Positions 39,309 to 52,029 are shown, numbered from the stretch's first letter. The stretch: 64,000 nucleotides of DNA from Octopus bimaculoides (GCF_001194135.2 NC_068989.1:73473361-73537360); one strand, 5' to 3'. Made by a program: numbers and translations. Notes: a model not told the origin generated them from the sequence alone.

Positions 39309-39310
<2 letters not shown>
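38870..39310 (+). mobile_element. 5'-truncated copy of the same (AAT)n-embedded repeat
   Basis: Starts directly after (AAT)n at 38833-38869 and ends in (AAT)n. Confidence 0.7.
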
Positions 39311-39342
<32 letters not shown>

Positions 39343-39957
39343 GTAATAATCATAATGATAATAATAATAATCGTTTTTACTATGAGCACAAGGCCTGAAA
39401 TCTGGTGGGAGGGAGATTGTTGAATACTTTGACATTAGTGCTCAACTGGTACTTATTTCATCGACCTCAAAAGAATAAAATGCAAAGTTGACCTCAACAA
39501 AATTTGAACTCAGAATGTAAAGACTTGAAATGCCAGTAAGCATTTCATCTAGGGTGTTAACAATTCTTTCTGTAGTAGTTTCTTTCTGTGATCTCAGAGA
39601 TCATGCGAAGACTGTAGGTATATCCCATTCCTCCAGACTAAATCAATAGAAAAAAAATTTAGCTGTGCTGCTGCTGCTGTTGTTGTTGTTGTTGATGGTG
39701 GTGGTGGTGGTGGGGGGAGATGGTGTTATAATTCTTATATATCAGAGTTCTAAACTTCATAATTGTGTCAGATGCAGCTTATAGAGAGCTAGATGCTGGA
39801 ATCTGATACAGTAAAGAATTAGAACAACTGCAGCCACTACAGGCAGCTGCAAAAAAATCTGCAACATCAGCAACAAACACAATTATTGTTTTTTTTTTGT
39901 TTCCAATATTTTCTTTTTGTATATTTCATTTAGTGATTTTATTTCCAGGAATATTTG

Positions 39958-40160
39958 TCGTTGTTGTTGTTGCTTAACTTCCAAGTTGGCTCTGATCAAA
40001 AGGCAGACATTCAAATTATGACCATCCTGTCATAGGTTGTGTAAAAGACACTATATAATTTAGTCTGTCCTTCTTTCATGATAATAAGATGTGGTTTGAA
40101 TAAGATATGACTGCTGTTTTCTAGAAGATCAATTAACCATATTTAAGCTCTGTCATTGCC
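39958..40160 (-). mobile_element. Family C: unclassified interspersed repeat with an (AAC)n tail
   Basis: (GTT)n, then ..CTGATC..ATGACCATCC..TGTCCTTC..GATTTG..TGGCTGCTATTTCTAG. Fragments at about 2450-2560, 20800-21000, 36100-36165, 36553-36585, 36640-37180, 37760-37930, 43600-43745, 49325-49540, 54540-54660 and 58390-58580. Confidence 0.6.
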
Positions 40161-40580
40161 TCATCTCTATGTTAGTCATAGCAGGTTGGGCATCTATACA
40201 GAGAGCTCCTATATTGACTCATTTGCCAGCTATTTCTTGCAAACTGAGTGACCACATTTAGGCTACTTCATTGGCTCATTTGGTTGCTGTTCTTAGTAGT
40301 TTGAGAGACTATGGAGAGTGCTGTCTGATTGAATCACTTGGCTGCTGTTTCTAGCAGGCCAAGCATTTATGGAGAAACCTCCTTTACTGGCCAATTTTAC
40401 TGACCATGTATAGATTCTTTCATTAACATTTGGTTGTTATTTTTAGCAAGTCAAACAATCCTATGTAAGCTTCCTTTTTGGCTTGTTTAGTGACCATGTA
40501 TGTACAGGGTCCTTCAGTAATTCATTTGATTGCTATTTATAGCATGTCAAGCAATCATGTAGAGGGCTCCTTCATTGGCA
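40104..40580. repeat. Degenerate tandem array of about 57-bp units contiguous with family C
   Basis: A TTTGGYTGCTRTTTCTAGCAG-like motif recurs at about 40106, 40222, 40279, 40337, 40429 and 40525. Confidence 0.7.
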
Positions 40581-40927
40581 CATATTCTTTCGAGGTGATT
40601 AGTGTTTCTGTTCTATGTGGTTGGTTGCCATGCTAGATATAGCAGCTAAACCTCTTTCGAATCATATTTTTCTGTCTTAAAAAACTACCAAAGGAAAGGA
40701 TACCCTGGATAATATAGTTCTCTTGTAGTTCTGAAAACTTTGTATGAAATAAAGATGTGATCATTTCATCTTTCATTACTGGTCATCTTGGTTAGGGCTG
40801 GTCAAGGCTGTGTGGTAAGGACGGATTTCCTTTCATAGTGCCTGAAGGGAGTAATATTGACTGATGTTGGGGATGGGGGATGAATTGCCATGTTTTATAA
40901 AAGTAAGCTGGTTTCCAATGTTTTTAA

Positions 40928-41152
40928 CCCTTTAGAATTTTTATCTGGCCATTTCAAGCCTAAATATTCTATCTTGTGTTCTATTTTGAAATTAGTCAGA
41001 TATGATCTCTCACACCTACCCTATAATGTCATTTTCTAAAAATATACAAACACACCATTGAAATCTTGAAGCTACAAGATAATACATGATTAATTGAAAA
41101 CGATGTGAATAAATAAGCATTACTTTTGACAGAGAAATCCGAATGCTAAGGG
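40928..41152 (-). mobile_element. piggyBac-like MITE copy (inverted)
   Basis: TTAA|CCCTTTAGAAT...AATGCTAAGGG|TTAA; interior is the reverse complement of the 33176 copy. Confidence 0.8.
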
Positions 41153-42303
41153 TTAAACTTGCCCAACACATCATGGTGAAGAAAGAATTCTATGCATGCA
41201 AAGTATATTTTTTATGTTTGTATATTTATTTTGCAAAATTTCTGATGCGAAATCATGTGTTGAAACATATTATTATATTTCAGGATGGCCATTGTTCATT
41301 TTCTTTATGCCAAATAAACACATCATTATATATTCATTCTTCACTTCAGCATTATTATTGTTCTCATTTTAGTGTCTTTTGTCTAAAATCTTTTGTCACA
41401 CATCCTGTGACCTTTTCAGCAACTCTCCATCCCACATATCTCATCTCATTAATATATTTTGTTTTCTCATTAATACAACAACAGTTTCTTACTGAATTTG
41501 ATAAATGGTAAATGTGTGGAATCCATCAGTCACCCCCCACACCACCAATATTGCCCTAACTCTTCGAAACGCTTAGTTTTAGAATGATGGCAGCTAATGA
41601 AGGAAATGTTCTCTTATGTGGCCTGTGTGTTTTCTGTACTCTGTTTATCATTTTGTCCACGTTTTTTTTGCAATGTCCTGTACCCAAATATGCATCTATA
41701 TATACATGTAGATGTAGGTATGTACATACATGTACGTATATATGCATATACTCATTTATTATTTGTATATATATATTGTTGTATTTTGGGATGGTCACAT
41801 TTTTCCTTTGTCAAATAGACATACACATTATATATTCATTCTTCACTTGTTTATTACTGTTCTTATTCTATCTCATGTCCATTTCTGGAAATCTTTTATC
41901 ACACATCTGTGATCCCCTCAGCAGCACTTTCTGTCTTCGTGTGTGCTCTTGCTCTGTTTATTCCATTCTGTTCTTCTATGATTTGTCTCCTTATATGCGC
42001 ATGTGTATGTACGTATGTGTGTGTGTGTCATTGTCCTTAGTAGCACTATGACCCTCCCTTCAGCCCCATTCCCTACCCCGTTGGTGCTGCTGCTGCTTCC
42101 TTTGAACCTGACTTTTTGTACCATTCTTGTAACTCACTGTGTTTGTGTGTTCGCCCATGCTGCTGCCATTTGGCAAAACAAAAAAAAAAATTACCATTCT
42201 GAAATACAATATCTGTTCCAGCACATGACTTTACATCAGGAATCTTGCAACACAAATTCATAAACATGCATAGAAATGCGTGTGTGTGTATTGACACATA
42301 CAC

Positions 42304-42341
<38 letters not shown>

Positions 42342-42562
42342 AAAGAATTTGCATGGAAAGACAACAAAAGAATACACGGAAAACTGGAAAAAAACTCACA
42401 AATGATGTGGACATGCTCATCCCTCATTAATTATCAACCAAAAATCCTCACAGCCTCATGCCATTACTAAGATTGTTCATTTTGGTGGCTTCATCACCAA
42501 CACGCTGCTGGAATAAATGATCAGGCATAAAGAAGAACATGAGACATGATAAAAACATAAGC

Positions 42563-42878
42563 AAACAAGAGCACTCAGAGAGCGCAAACCTCCGCCAAAG
42601 CAACACCAATGTCCTCTCAATGATTAGCCAGAGATGATTTCTAAAGTGAGAATATCTGAAATAAACATGACTGTTCTCACAAACAAGAATACTAACAATG
42701 AACCCAACTGCTCTCAAAAATTAAGTACAAAAACAGAATCCTTGTCCGGTACCAGATCGATCACAAAATCAAACATCCCTGAAAGTTTTATCTGAATCCA
42801 TCCAGCAGTTCTTGGGATATCTTGTCCATGGACAAACAAACACAACTGAAAACACCTTTGCTAAGGTGGAGGTAATGA
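42563..42878 (-). mobile_element. Second Helentron-type (HINE) copy
   Basis: Reverse complement reads ATTACCTCCACCTTAGCAAAGGTG...TTTGGCGGAGGTTTGCGCTCTCTGAGTGCTCTTG; colinear with 20411-20790. Confidence 0.7.
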
Positions 42879-43073
42879 TAAACAACATGGGCATTTTATA
42901 TATATATATATATACACACGCTGGCATGGCTGTGTGGTAAGAAGCTTGCTTCCCAGCCACACCATTCTGGGTTCAGTTCTACTGCATGGCATCTTGTCCA
43001 AGTGTCTTCCACCATACCCTCGGGCTGAGTGGATTCGGCACTTGGAAACTGAAAGAATCTCATCGTATATATA

Positions 43074-43302
43074 TTGGGTTGTCCGGAAAGTTTGTGCCGA
43101 TTTTTAAAGGAAGGGAAAAAGGTCAATAAATACTTGCTATTACATTTTTAATCAACCAAATATGAACCATTTTGTTGCACAATGCATCTCCATCTTTCCT
43201 TTAACTTGAAAATACCCTCTTCCCAGAATTGAGGTGGTTTCATGGCAAATAAGTCAAAAGGTAAGCTACTATAAATCGGCATGAACTTTCCAGACAACCC
43301 AA
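43074..43302 (-). mobile_element. Mariner-derived MITE (229 bp) with 30-bp TIRs and TA TSD
   Basis: TA|TTGGGTTGTCCGGAAAGTTTGTGCCGATTT ... AAATCGGCATGAACTTTCCAGACAACCCAA|TA (3 mismatches). The interior encodes FWEEGIFKLKERWRCIVQQNGSYLVD*, a mariner transposase C-terminus. Inserted in a SINE-A copy. Confidence 0.9.
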
Positions 43303-44201
43303 TATTTATGTGAGTGTGTCTTTGTGTCTGTGTTTGTCTCCCCAGCATCACTTGACTACTGATGCAAGTGCGTTTATGTCCCTGTAACTTAGTGGTTCAG
43401 CAAAAAAGACCGTTTGGATAAGTACTAGGCTACAAAGAATAAGTCCTGGGGTCAATTTCTTTGACTAAAAGACCCCTCTACGGTCGTGTTCCAGCATGGC
43501 TCCAGTCAAATGACTGAATCAAATAAAAGAATATATCCTATATATGCTACTAAGCATTTTGCTTGGCATGCTAACGATTCTGCCTGCCCACAGGAATTAC
43601 TGGATGATGTAATCCTTGATGATCAAACGAACAAACAAATAAATAAATGGGGATGTCATGACTGGAATACCTTTGATCATAGGTTAGATCTGCTCAACCC
43701 GGACTGACCTTGGGTTGAACAATAGCAGATATCAATAACAACAACAAGAACTAGAACATCAGTAACACATACCACTTATAATAATAACAGCAGTGTCAAC
43801 AACAAGCAGCATGACAATGAGTGACAGCATCTACAATAATAGCAATACAATACTCTGCAACAGCTGTTGTATTTCTTAATTTCAGAGATTGAAAAAAGAG
43901 AGAGAGAGAGAGAGAGTGTGTGTGTGTGTGAGAAAGTGTTGATGAGGTGGTGGGAAGGAAGAGGACAATAGGGATGTATAGTGAAGGCTAAGTAATTTCT
44001 ATAATGTCACAGGTGTCCGGAAGAAAAAAAAAAACAAAGAGAAAAAAAAATGAATGGGATAATCTTGATTGTGTTGCAGAGAATATAGAGTGAGATAATT
44101 GATTTATTGTTGATAGAGAAAGCTAGCAGAGAAAGACATTGATCACCTGTACATATGTTATTGCCGTGTCCTGTAGTGCAATTTGTGTACTAATATATAT
44201 A

Positions 44202-45187
44202 NNNNNNNNNNNNNNNNNNNNNNNNNNNNNNNNNNNNNNNNNNNNNNNNNNNNNNNNNNNNNNNNNNNNNNNNNNNNNNNNNNNNNNNNNNNNNNNNNNN
44301 NNNNNNNNNNNNNNNNNNNNNNNNNNNNNNNNNNNNNNNNNNNNNNNNNNNNNNNNNNNNNNNNNNNNNNNNNNNNNNNNNNNNNNNNNNNNNNNNNNNN
44401 NNNNNNNNNNNNNNNNNNNNNNNNNNNNNNNNNNNNNNNNNNNNNNNNNNNNNNNNNNNNNNNNNNNNNNNNNNNNNNNNNNNNNNNNNNNNNNNNNNNN
44501 NNNNNNNNNNNNNNNNNNNNNNNNNNNNNNNNNNNNNNNNNNNNNNNNNNNNNNNNNNNNNNNNNNNNNNNNNNNNNNNNNNNNNNNNNNNNNNNNNNNN
44601 NNNNNNNNNNNNNNNNNNNNNNNNNNNNNNNNNNNNNNNNNNNNNNNNNNNNNNNNNNNNNNNNNNNNNNNNNNNNNNNNNNNNNNNNNNNNNNNNNNNN
44701 NNNNNNNNNNNNNNNNNNNNNNNNNNNNNNNNNNNNNNNNNNNNNNNNNNNNNNNNNNNNNNNNNNNNNNNNNNNNNNNNNNNNNNNNNNNNNNNNNNNN
44801 NNNNNNNNNNNNNNNNNNNNNNNNNNNNNNNNNNNNNNNNNNNNNNNNNNNNNNNNNNNNNNNNNNNNNNNNNNNNNNNNNNNNNNNNNNNNNNNNNNNN
44901 NNNNNNNNNNNNNNNNNNNNNNNNNNNNNNNNNNNNNNNNNNNNNNNNNNNNNNNNNNNNNNNNNNNNNNNNNNNNNNNNNNNNNNNNNNNNNNNNNNNN
45001 NNNNNNNNNNNNNNNNNNNNNNNNNNNNNNNNNNNNNNNNNNNNNNNNNNNNNNNNNNNNNNNNNNNNNNNNNNNNNNNNNNNNNNNNNNNNNNNNNNNN
45101 NNNNNNNNNNNNNNNNNNNNNNNNNNNNNNNNNNNNNNNNNNNNNNNNNNNNNNNNNNNNNNNNNNNNNNNNNNNNNNNNNNNNNNN
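44202..45187. other. Assembly gap (N run), the largest of about 13 gaps
   Basis: N characters; most gaps are bordered by (TA)n, typical of short-read scaffolding. Confidence 0.95.
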
Positions 45188-45230
<43 letters not shown>

Positions 45231-46049
45231 TTGATAACAGGTGTTGGTTTGTTTATATCCCCATAGCTTGGTGGTTAGGCAAAAGCAACTGATAGAATAA
45301 GTACTGAAGTGGATTTGTTCAACTAAAACACTTCAAGGCAATGCTCCAGTATGACCATCATCTGATGACTGAACCAACTAAGAAATAGAAGATATATGTG
45401 GCTGTCTATATATTATATATTATACATATATGTGTGTGTGTATGTGTGTATAAAAAGGGTTATAAAATGATGATGATGATGAATATGATGATATACACAC
45501 ACATTTACACTCTCATGGTGTATAAATACATATACATATGTATATACATGAGTGCACATACACACACATTTGTGAAATGAGTATATAATTAGATCTATAT
45601 GTTTGTATGCATGCACATATATTTGTGTATGTGTGTGCAATGTAGAGTAATTATTATTTGTGTACATGAACTTAATTACTACAGATTTGCAGAGAAATAT
45701 ATATAATATATATATAAACACAATATACACACACACATACATATATGTATAGGTTTTCATGTTTGTGTTTAAGATGCGCATTAACATGTGTATGTGCGCT
45801 TTATCTAATGTCGTGATTATCTGCGTACATTATCTAAATTAATACAGATCTGCACGTGTTATATAGAAGACTGAGTCTGTACAAGCTTGTAAGTTGTCAT
45901 TCATATGTAAACATGTTAAATATGTCTTGCCTCTCATATAACATTACATATGTGTTAAACATATGTAACGAGTACTTGGCATTTACCTGCTCGCTTATGA
46001 AAAGGCTTACGTGTGAATATGTGAGTAAAAAAGAGCTGTTGCCATTATG

Positions 46050-46086
<37 letters not shown>

Positions 46087-46197
46087 ATGTATGTGTGTGT
46101 GTGTATGCATGTTTGTATTAATATATGTATGTATGTGTGTATATATATATGTGTGCGTGTGTATACATATATAAAAGCAAATACACACACACACACA

Positions 46198-46257
<60 letters not shown>

Positions 46258-46671
46258 CATGTATACACCTATATATACATATATATCTACTTTGTTATTA
46301 AAGCTGCAAAAACATTACAAAAGCTGGCTGCTACTCAGAGCTTCATGTTCCTGTTTGGTGGACAGTTGTGATTCAGCTGGTACACATACACACACACATA
46401 TATATGCATACATGCACAAATATATATATACATCTAGATATCAGTAAGTGTGTGTGTATTTACTAACACATAGGGTGTGCCAAACATCAACCATAAAAAT
46501 TAAAACACATTTGATATATGCTGCATATTTCAAAAACAGTATCAATGTACTTTATACATACATACACATGCACACACAAACATCAAAATACACACACTCA
46601 CATCCACATGCATACACACATGCATATGCATATATTTGCTCTTCATTTATAGAATGTGAAGCATCTCTAAA

Positions 46672-47183
46672 ATTGATCACAAGGAAAATAGACGACATGT
46701 CAGATCTTGATTATTGGAATTGTCTTGAGAAGCTCAAACTTTATTCTCTCCAAGGTCACTATGAGCCCTATATTATTTGTATGGAGTGGAAAATACTCGA
46801 ACATCATTGCCCAAATGATGTTGGCATCAACTTCAGAATTCAGCCGAGGCTTGGTCCCTGCGTCATCTATCCTCTACAAATATCATGCCTGCATCACATC
46901 ATAACTGTAAGACAAGACTATTTCACCTCAACTGGCCCTGCTTTCTTTAACACCACGTTAAGACACATAAGACAAAAAAGATCTCATAACATTCAAACTG
47001 GTTCTCGACAAATATCTCCAACAATTTCTAGATGAACCACCTACACTAGGATATATATCTGCAAGCAATAACTCTTTACTCGAATGCGCTATGAAACATC
47101 ATTAAATGTCTTTTCCAGGTGGTGATATTAAGTTAGGCAAGGCCTGGGCCAGTTCTGGCCAAAACTTATCTAAGTATCTAAGT
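46672..47183 (+). mobile_element. CR1/L2-group LINE 3' fragment with an 8-mer repeat tail
   Basis: ITRKIDDMSDLDYWNCLEKLKLYSLQGHYEPYIICMEWKILEHHCPNDVGI matches CR1-type FTRKI..M..L.YW.RL..L.LYSL.RRR.RY...WKIL. The 3' hairpin GGCCAGTTCTGGCC precedes the tail (TATCTAAG)2. Confidence 0.8.
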
Positions 47184-47217
47184 GTACACAGTTCTCAAGA
47201 CAGTCAAAAGTTGCAAA

Positions 47218-47556
47218 GATCAGTGGTTAGAGTTTTGGGCTCACAATCACGAGGTAGTGAGATCAATTCTTGGACCAGGCTGTGTGTTGAGTTCTTGAGC
47301 AAGATACTTTATTTCATGTTGCTCCAGTTCACTCAGCTGTAGAAATGAGTTGTGCTGTCACTGGTGTCAAGTTGTATCGGCCTTTGTTTTTCCCTTGGAT
47401 AACATCAGTGGCATGGAGAGGAAGGGAGGCTGGTATGCATGGGCAAATACTAGTCTTCCATAAACAACTTTGCCTGGACTTGCGCCTTGGAAGAGAATTT
47501 TCTAGGTGCAATCCCATGGTCATTCATGACTGAAGGGGGTCTTTACCTTTGCCTAC
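47218..47556 (+). mobile_element. SINE-B3: same head and core as B2 with a different tail
   Basis: After the core it continues GTCACTGGTGTCAAG...GGTGCAATCCCATGGTCATTCATGACTGAAGGGGG; second copy at 57375-57706. Confidence 0.75.
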
Positions 47557-48575
47557 CCCATTTTAGACCTTTTCATCAATATCTATGTTCTGTAGTCTAT
47601 GAACACCCAAACATAGGAAGTTTTCTGCTGTTACAGGGACATAAACAGCAGCTAAGTTACAGGGACCAGCATCAGTAGTCAAGTGATGCTGGGGAGACGA
47701 ACACAGACACAAAGACACACATAAATACTGCAGTTTTCCCCTGCTTTACATATACCCAAATGGTTGTAACAGGTTCCTGCATGTTGGATGTTCAATGATG
47801 CAAAACATTTTGCTTTTCTTATGTTGGGAATTAGATTTACATATTCTTCTATGCATCAGTGATTATGTTGCCTATTGTCTGTAGTTCTACTGAAGTTGCA
47901 CCACTTGTAGCGTCAGCTGTATGCTGAAGTTGGTGAAGACACGTAGTTTATTTGTTATCGTATTTGACTCACAATTACTAGTTATGAATTTGATTTCTAG
48001 TGGCACGTTGTGTCCTTGAGCAAGGCACTTTATTTTGTATTGCTCCAAGTTCACTCAGCTAACAAAAATGAGTTGTACCTGTAATTGAAAGGGTCAGCCT
48101 TGTCACATTAAGAGAACTACATTAAGGGTATTCATATTTGTAGAGTGCTCAGCCACTTGCACATTAATTTCATGAATTGGCTGTTCTGTTGATTGCATCA
48201 ACTGGAACCCTTGTCATCATAACTGACTGAGTGCCAGTATTTTAGTTTTATGCTCAAGTTGAATCATTGATAAAGCTGTGGTCTTTGCTCTATCATGGAG
48301 TGTGCCAGGGAAGAATGGCTGAAAAATACTATTGTGCTGAAAACCAGGCCATATTGGAGGTTAAATTTTGAAGGTTTCTGTGCTCTAATAGAGGGTAATG
48401 ATTGCACAACTGCATTGTTGTTCTTGTTGGGAGAAACCACATGAAGCTGTGGCCTGACCAAAAGTAATGGAAGTCAGAGATTCTTGGTGCAGTATGGTGA
48501 AACATGTCTCAGTTGCAGCTGTTTGAGTAAGGTGGAGGAAAAGGAGAAGTGGATAGCAGCAGTAGTAGTAGTAGC

Positions 48576-48627
<52 letters not shown>

Positions 48628-50089
48628 ACGATAATGCTTTTCAATTTTGACACACTGTCTAATTTTGGCACAAGGCCTGCAATTTTGAAAGGAGGGGGAA
48701 GTCTATTACATTGACTTCAGTGTTCAACTGAAACTTCATTGACCCCAAAAGGAAGAAAGATAAAGTTGACCTCAGCAGTATTTATTTTGTCCGGCATATT
48801 AATGATTCTGCTGTCTTACTGCCTTTAGAGTGTAACACTAATAATAATATGAAATTCTTCATCATCATCATCATCGTCGTTTAACGTCCGCTTTCCATGC
48901 TAGCATGGGTTGGACGATTTGGCAGAGTTTCTACAGCTGGATGCCCTTCCTAACGCCAACCACTCAAAGAGTGTAGTGGGTGCTTTTACGTGCCACCGGC
49001 ACGAAGGCCAGTCAGGCGGTACTGGCAACGGTGCATTTGAAATTATTTTTATTCCTTGTTAAGGACATAACAAACAAATATATAAAAATATGATGATAAT
49101 AATAAATATATAAATAAAATTAGAGCATGGTAAAGTACATTTTACACTATTGAATTCTTTTTTTTCTTTTTTTTTTCCACAAAGTTGCTAATCTTTCGTA
49201 AACCAAGAATCCCTAGGGCTACTGTTCAATACTGGGTTCTGTAGCAATTGGCAGATGAAAGATAAATCTCCTTCCCAATGAATTGATTTAGGTTTTCAGA
49301 ATATATGTTAATTCCACTATTGTTGCTGTTGTTGTTCTTGCTTAGCCCTCAGATCAATCCTAACTGAACAAACCAATGACCTATAAGCAAATGGTTTTCC
49401 AACCATGGCTATCTCACACTTGTCTCAAGCATTCTATATCTAGAACTACATCTTCAAAGTGTGCCTTTGTTTTCAAGATGGACAGGTGTATGTTGATGGA
49501 GATTTGATGGCTATTTCTATCAGATCAAGCAGCCATGACCATATACACATAACAAATTACCAACTTTACTATATAAAGTGAGTAATGTATTACATAAACT
49601 AGCTTGATTTATAAGACTTATACGAGTGGAGTAACTTTCTTGGCCATACACAGAGTACAGTGTTCATGGCAGGATATGACATATTATGCTCACTGCTACT
49701 TATCCAGTAATCTATCTACTTGGACAATTGAAGCTATTGAAAATACTTAAAGGATAAGGAAATTTCAAGTAAGGTTAGTGTTTCCAAACATAGTGTCATA
49801 ATTAGGCCTGTCACAAGGTTTTAATTTTAAATTACACAATTGATACAAGATGTCAAATATGTATTTAAAAAATGCAGAGGTTAATATGAAAACACCCTTA
49901 GATTTTTATGCTGGAGTAAAACAAAAGTGTTGTATACCAAAGGAGATAGGAAGACGAGTAAGGAAATGATGGATGATTCTGAGACATATGATTGAAAGAT
50001 AAATTTACAATTGTTAGATATTGATTTTAAATTTTACTTCAGTACGACAATCAGCCTATTATATGAAGGCTAATTAGCAAAGGTTGCTT

Positions 50090-50168
<79 letters not shown>

Positions 50169-51508
50169 AAATACATGCATGTGTACATGTATGTGTACGT
50201 ATGTATAAATGTGTATAGTTATCTATCAAAAAGAATCAAACTTTAATTGAGAGGTCACTCAATACCTTTAAATGAAGTATCACTCTACATTATGTACAGA
50301 AAAGTAATTTTTTTCACCCATTTTAAGGGCTGTCAAAATATTGATTTCCTCACAATAATACCACCAGAATATGTTTTCCAATGACTACCAGTACCTAATT
50401 ACGTTATTGATTCCTCAGAATAGTGGAAAAACAAAAGGAAAAGAAATCGACCCTTGTGTGATATGAAGTCAAACCTTTGTGAAAGAAAACAACAATATTG
50501 TAATATAATATTTATCTTGTAGTTTTTCTGACTGTTGCTGTTACCTCTACTGTATTGAAGATGACACAATAATAGCTGTTTTTCAACCAACTGTTGCTAC
50601 TCAGCATTTGGTATATCGTTTGTTTGGCACTGTGACATCATTGCGCAGAAGGAAATGTTTGGGTTAAAATCTTGGAAGCATAGCTCTGTTGCAGCCTTCA
50701 TCTGTTTTCACAGTTGTTATGATACACTATAATTTCTCTGAAAAATAAGAGATGTGAAACGAATCAATGTTGCAATTCAAATTCCTGTGAAATTAGCTCA
50801 AGGACAATAAAAATTTCATAGCAACTCACCTAAAAATGAATGTTTATTACTTTCTCTTATTATAAATCAACTGCCAGTAGGTTACCACTTCAAACATCAT
50901 CAACCCGTAAGCATTTTAGATTGGATTAAATATCTTTGTTATATTACAGAGGAAGTAGAAACCATGCCAAATCAGACTGGAGACAGGTGCAGCACCTCAG
51001 CTTGCCAGTCCTTGTCAAACCATTCAACCTACGCCAGCATGGACAGCAGACATTGAATGATAATGAGGATGATCCAAAGCAGAAAAGGACACTTGTCTTA
51101 TGTATGCTCACCCCTGCTTTTATGGTATAGTCTGAGCAGGAAAGGCAACAGCCATGAAATGTTTCAAGGCCTCACAGACAGATGGAGTTTAAGGGTGGGT
51201 AGGGGAATTGCTTTTAGACTGAACAGTTAACCTGAATTGTTGCAGCATAATGTGTTGTGTTCTCTGCCAGAAGCACCCTAGGACAGGATCAGGTGGTAGT
51301 GTCAAATCAAACTCATAGGTTAATTATATTATTCAAAAACAGGAAGTCCTGCTAGAAATTCTTCGTCAGAGGCTCAAATATCACTCAAATAATGGACACA
51401 CTTAATATTTTGGACCTGGTTGCACTTAGCTTGAAAAAATAATGGGATCATAACAGTCCTATGATCTGTACTATTGTTCATAGATCTACTCAAGCAGGAC
51501 AAATTTCT

Positions 51509-51540
<32 letters not shown>

Positions 51541-52029
51541 NNNNNNNNNNNNNNNNNNNNNNNNNNNNNNNNNNNNNNNNNNNNNNNNNNNNNNNNNNNN
51601 NNNNNNNNNNNNNNNNNNNNNNNNNNNNNNNNNNNNNNNNNNNNNNNNNNNNNNNNNNNNNNNNNNNNNNNNNNNNNNNNNNNNNNNNNNNCCCCCCAAC
51701 ATTGCTTGACAATCGATGCTGGTGTGTTTACGTCCCCGTAACTTAGCGGTTCGGCAAAAGAGACCAATAGAATAAGTACTAGGCATCGAAAGAATAAGTC
51801 CTGGGGTCAATTTGCTCAACTAAAGGCGGTGCTCCAGCATGGCCACAGTCAAATGGCTGAAACAAGTAAAAGAGTAAAAGAGTAAATATATACACCATCG
51901 GCTCCTCATTTCTGAGTATTTCTTTTTTTCATTTGTACTTCCTCATTTATATCAGTGCCTGACAAGACCAAATTTTGCATGGAACAAAAGTCCACAGATG
52001 TCACATTTAATGATCAGTAGAGGCCTTGG

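Noticed and set aside
40104-40580. Possible CRISPR-like repeat-spacer arrays (also the RTE 3' UTR arrays)
   Set aside because: The units are contiguous degenerate tandem copies with no unique spacers, in eukaryotic DNA with no cas genes.
42216-42236. FQHMTL, resembling the ACER3 FHMTL motif of the next exon
   Set aside because: No GSW upstream, an extra residue, no YxMQ downstream and no splice sites.
396-51819. Long ORFs in the supplied track rich in X, YI, HT, VC or poly-N/T/V
   Set aside because: They are read-through of N gaps and microsatellites, not proteins.
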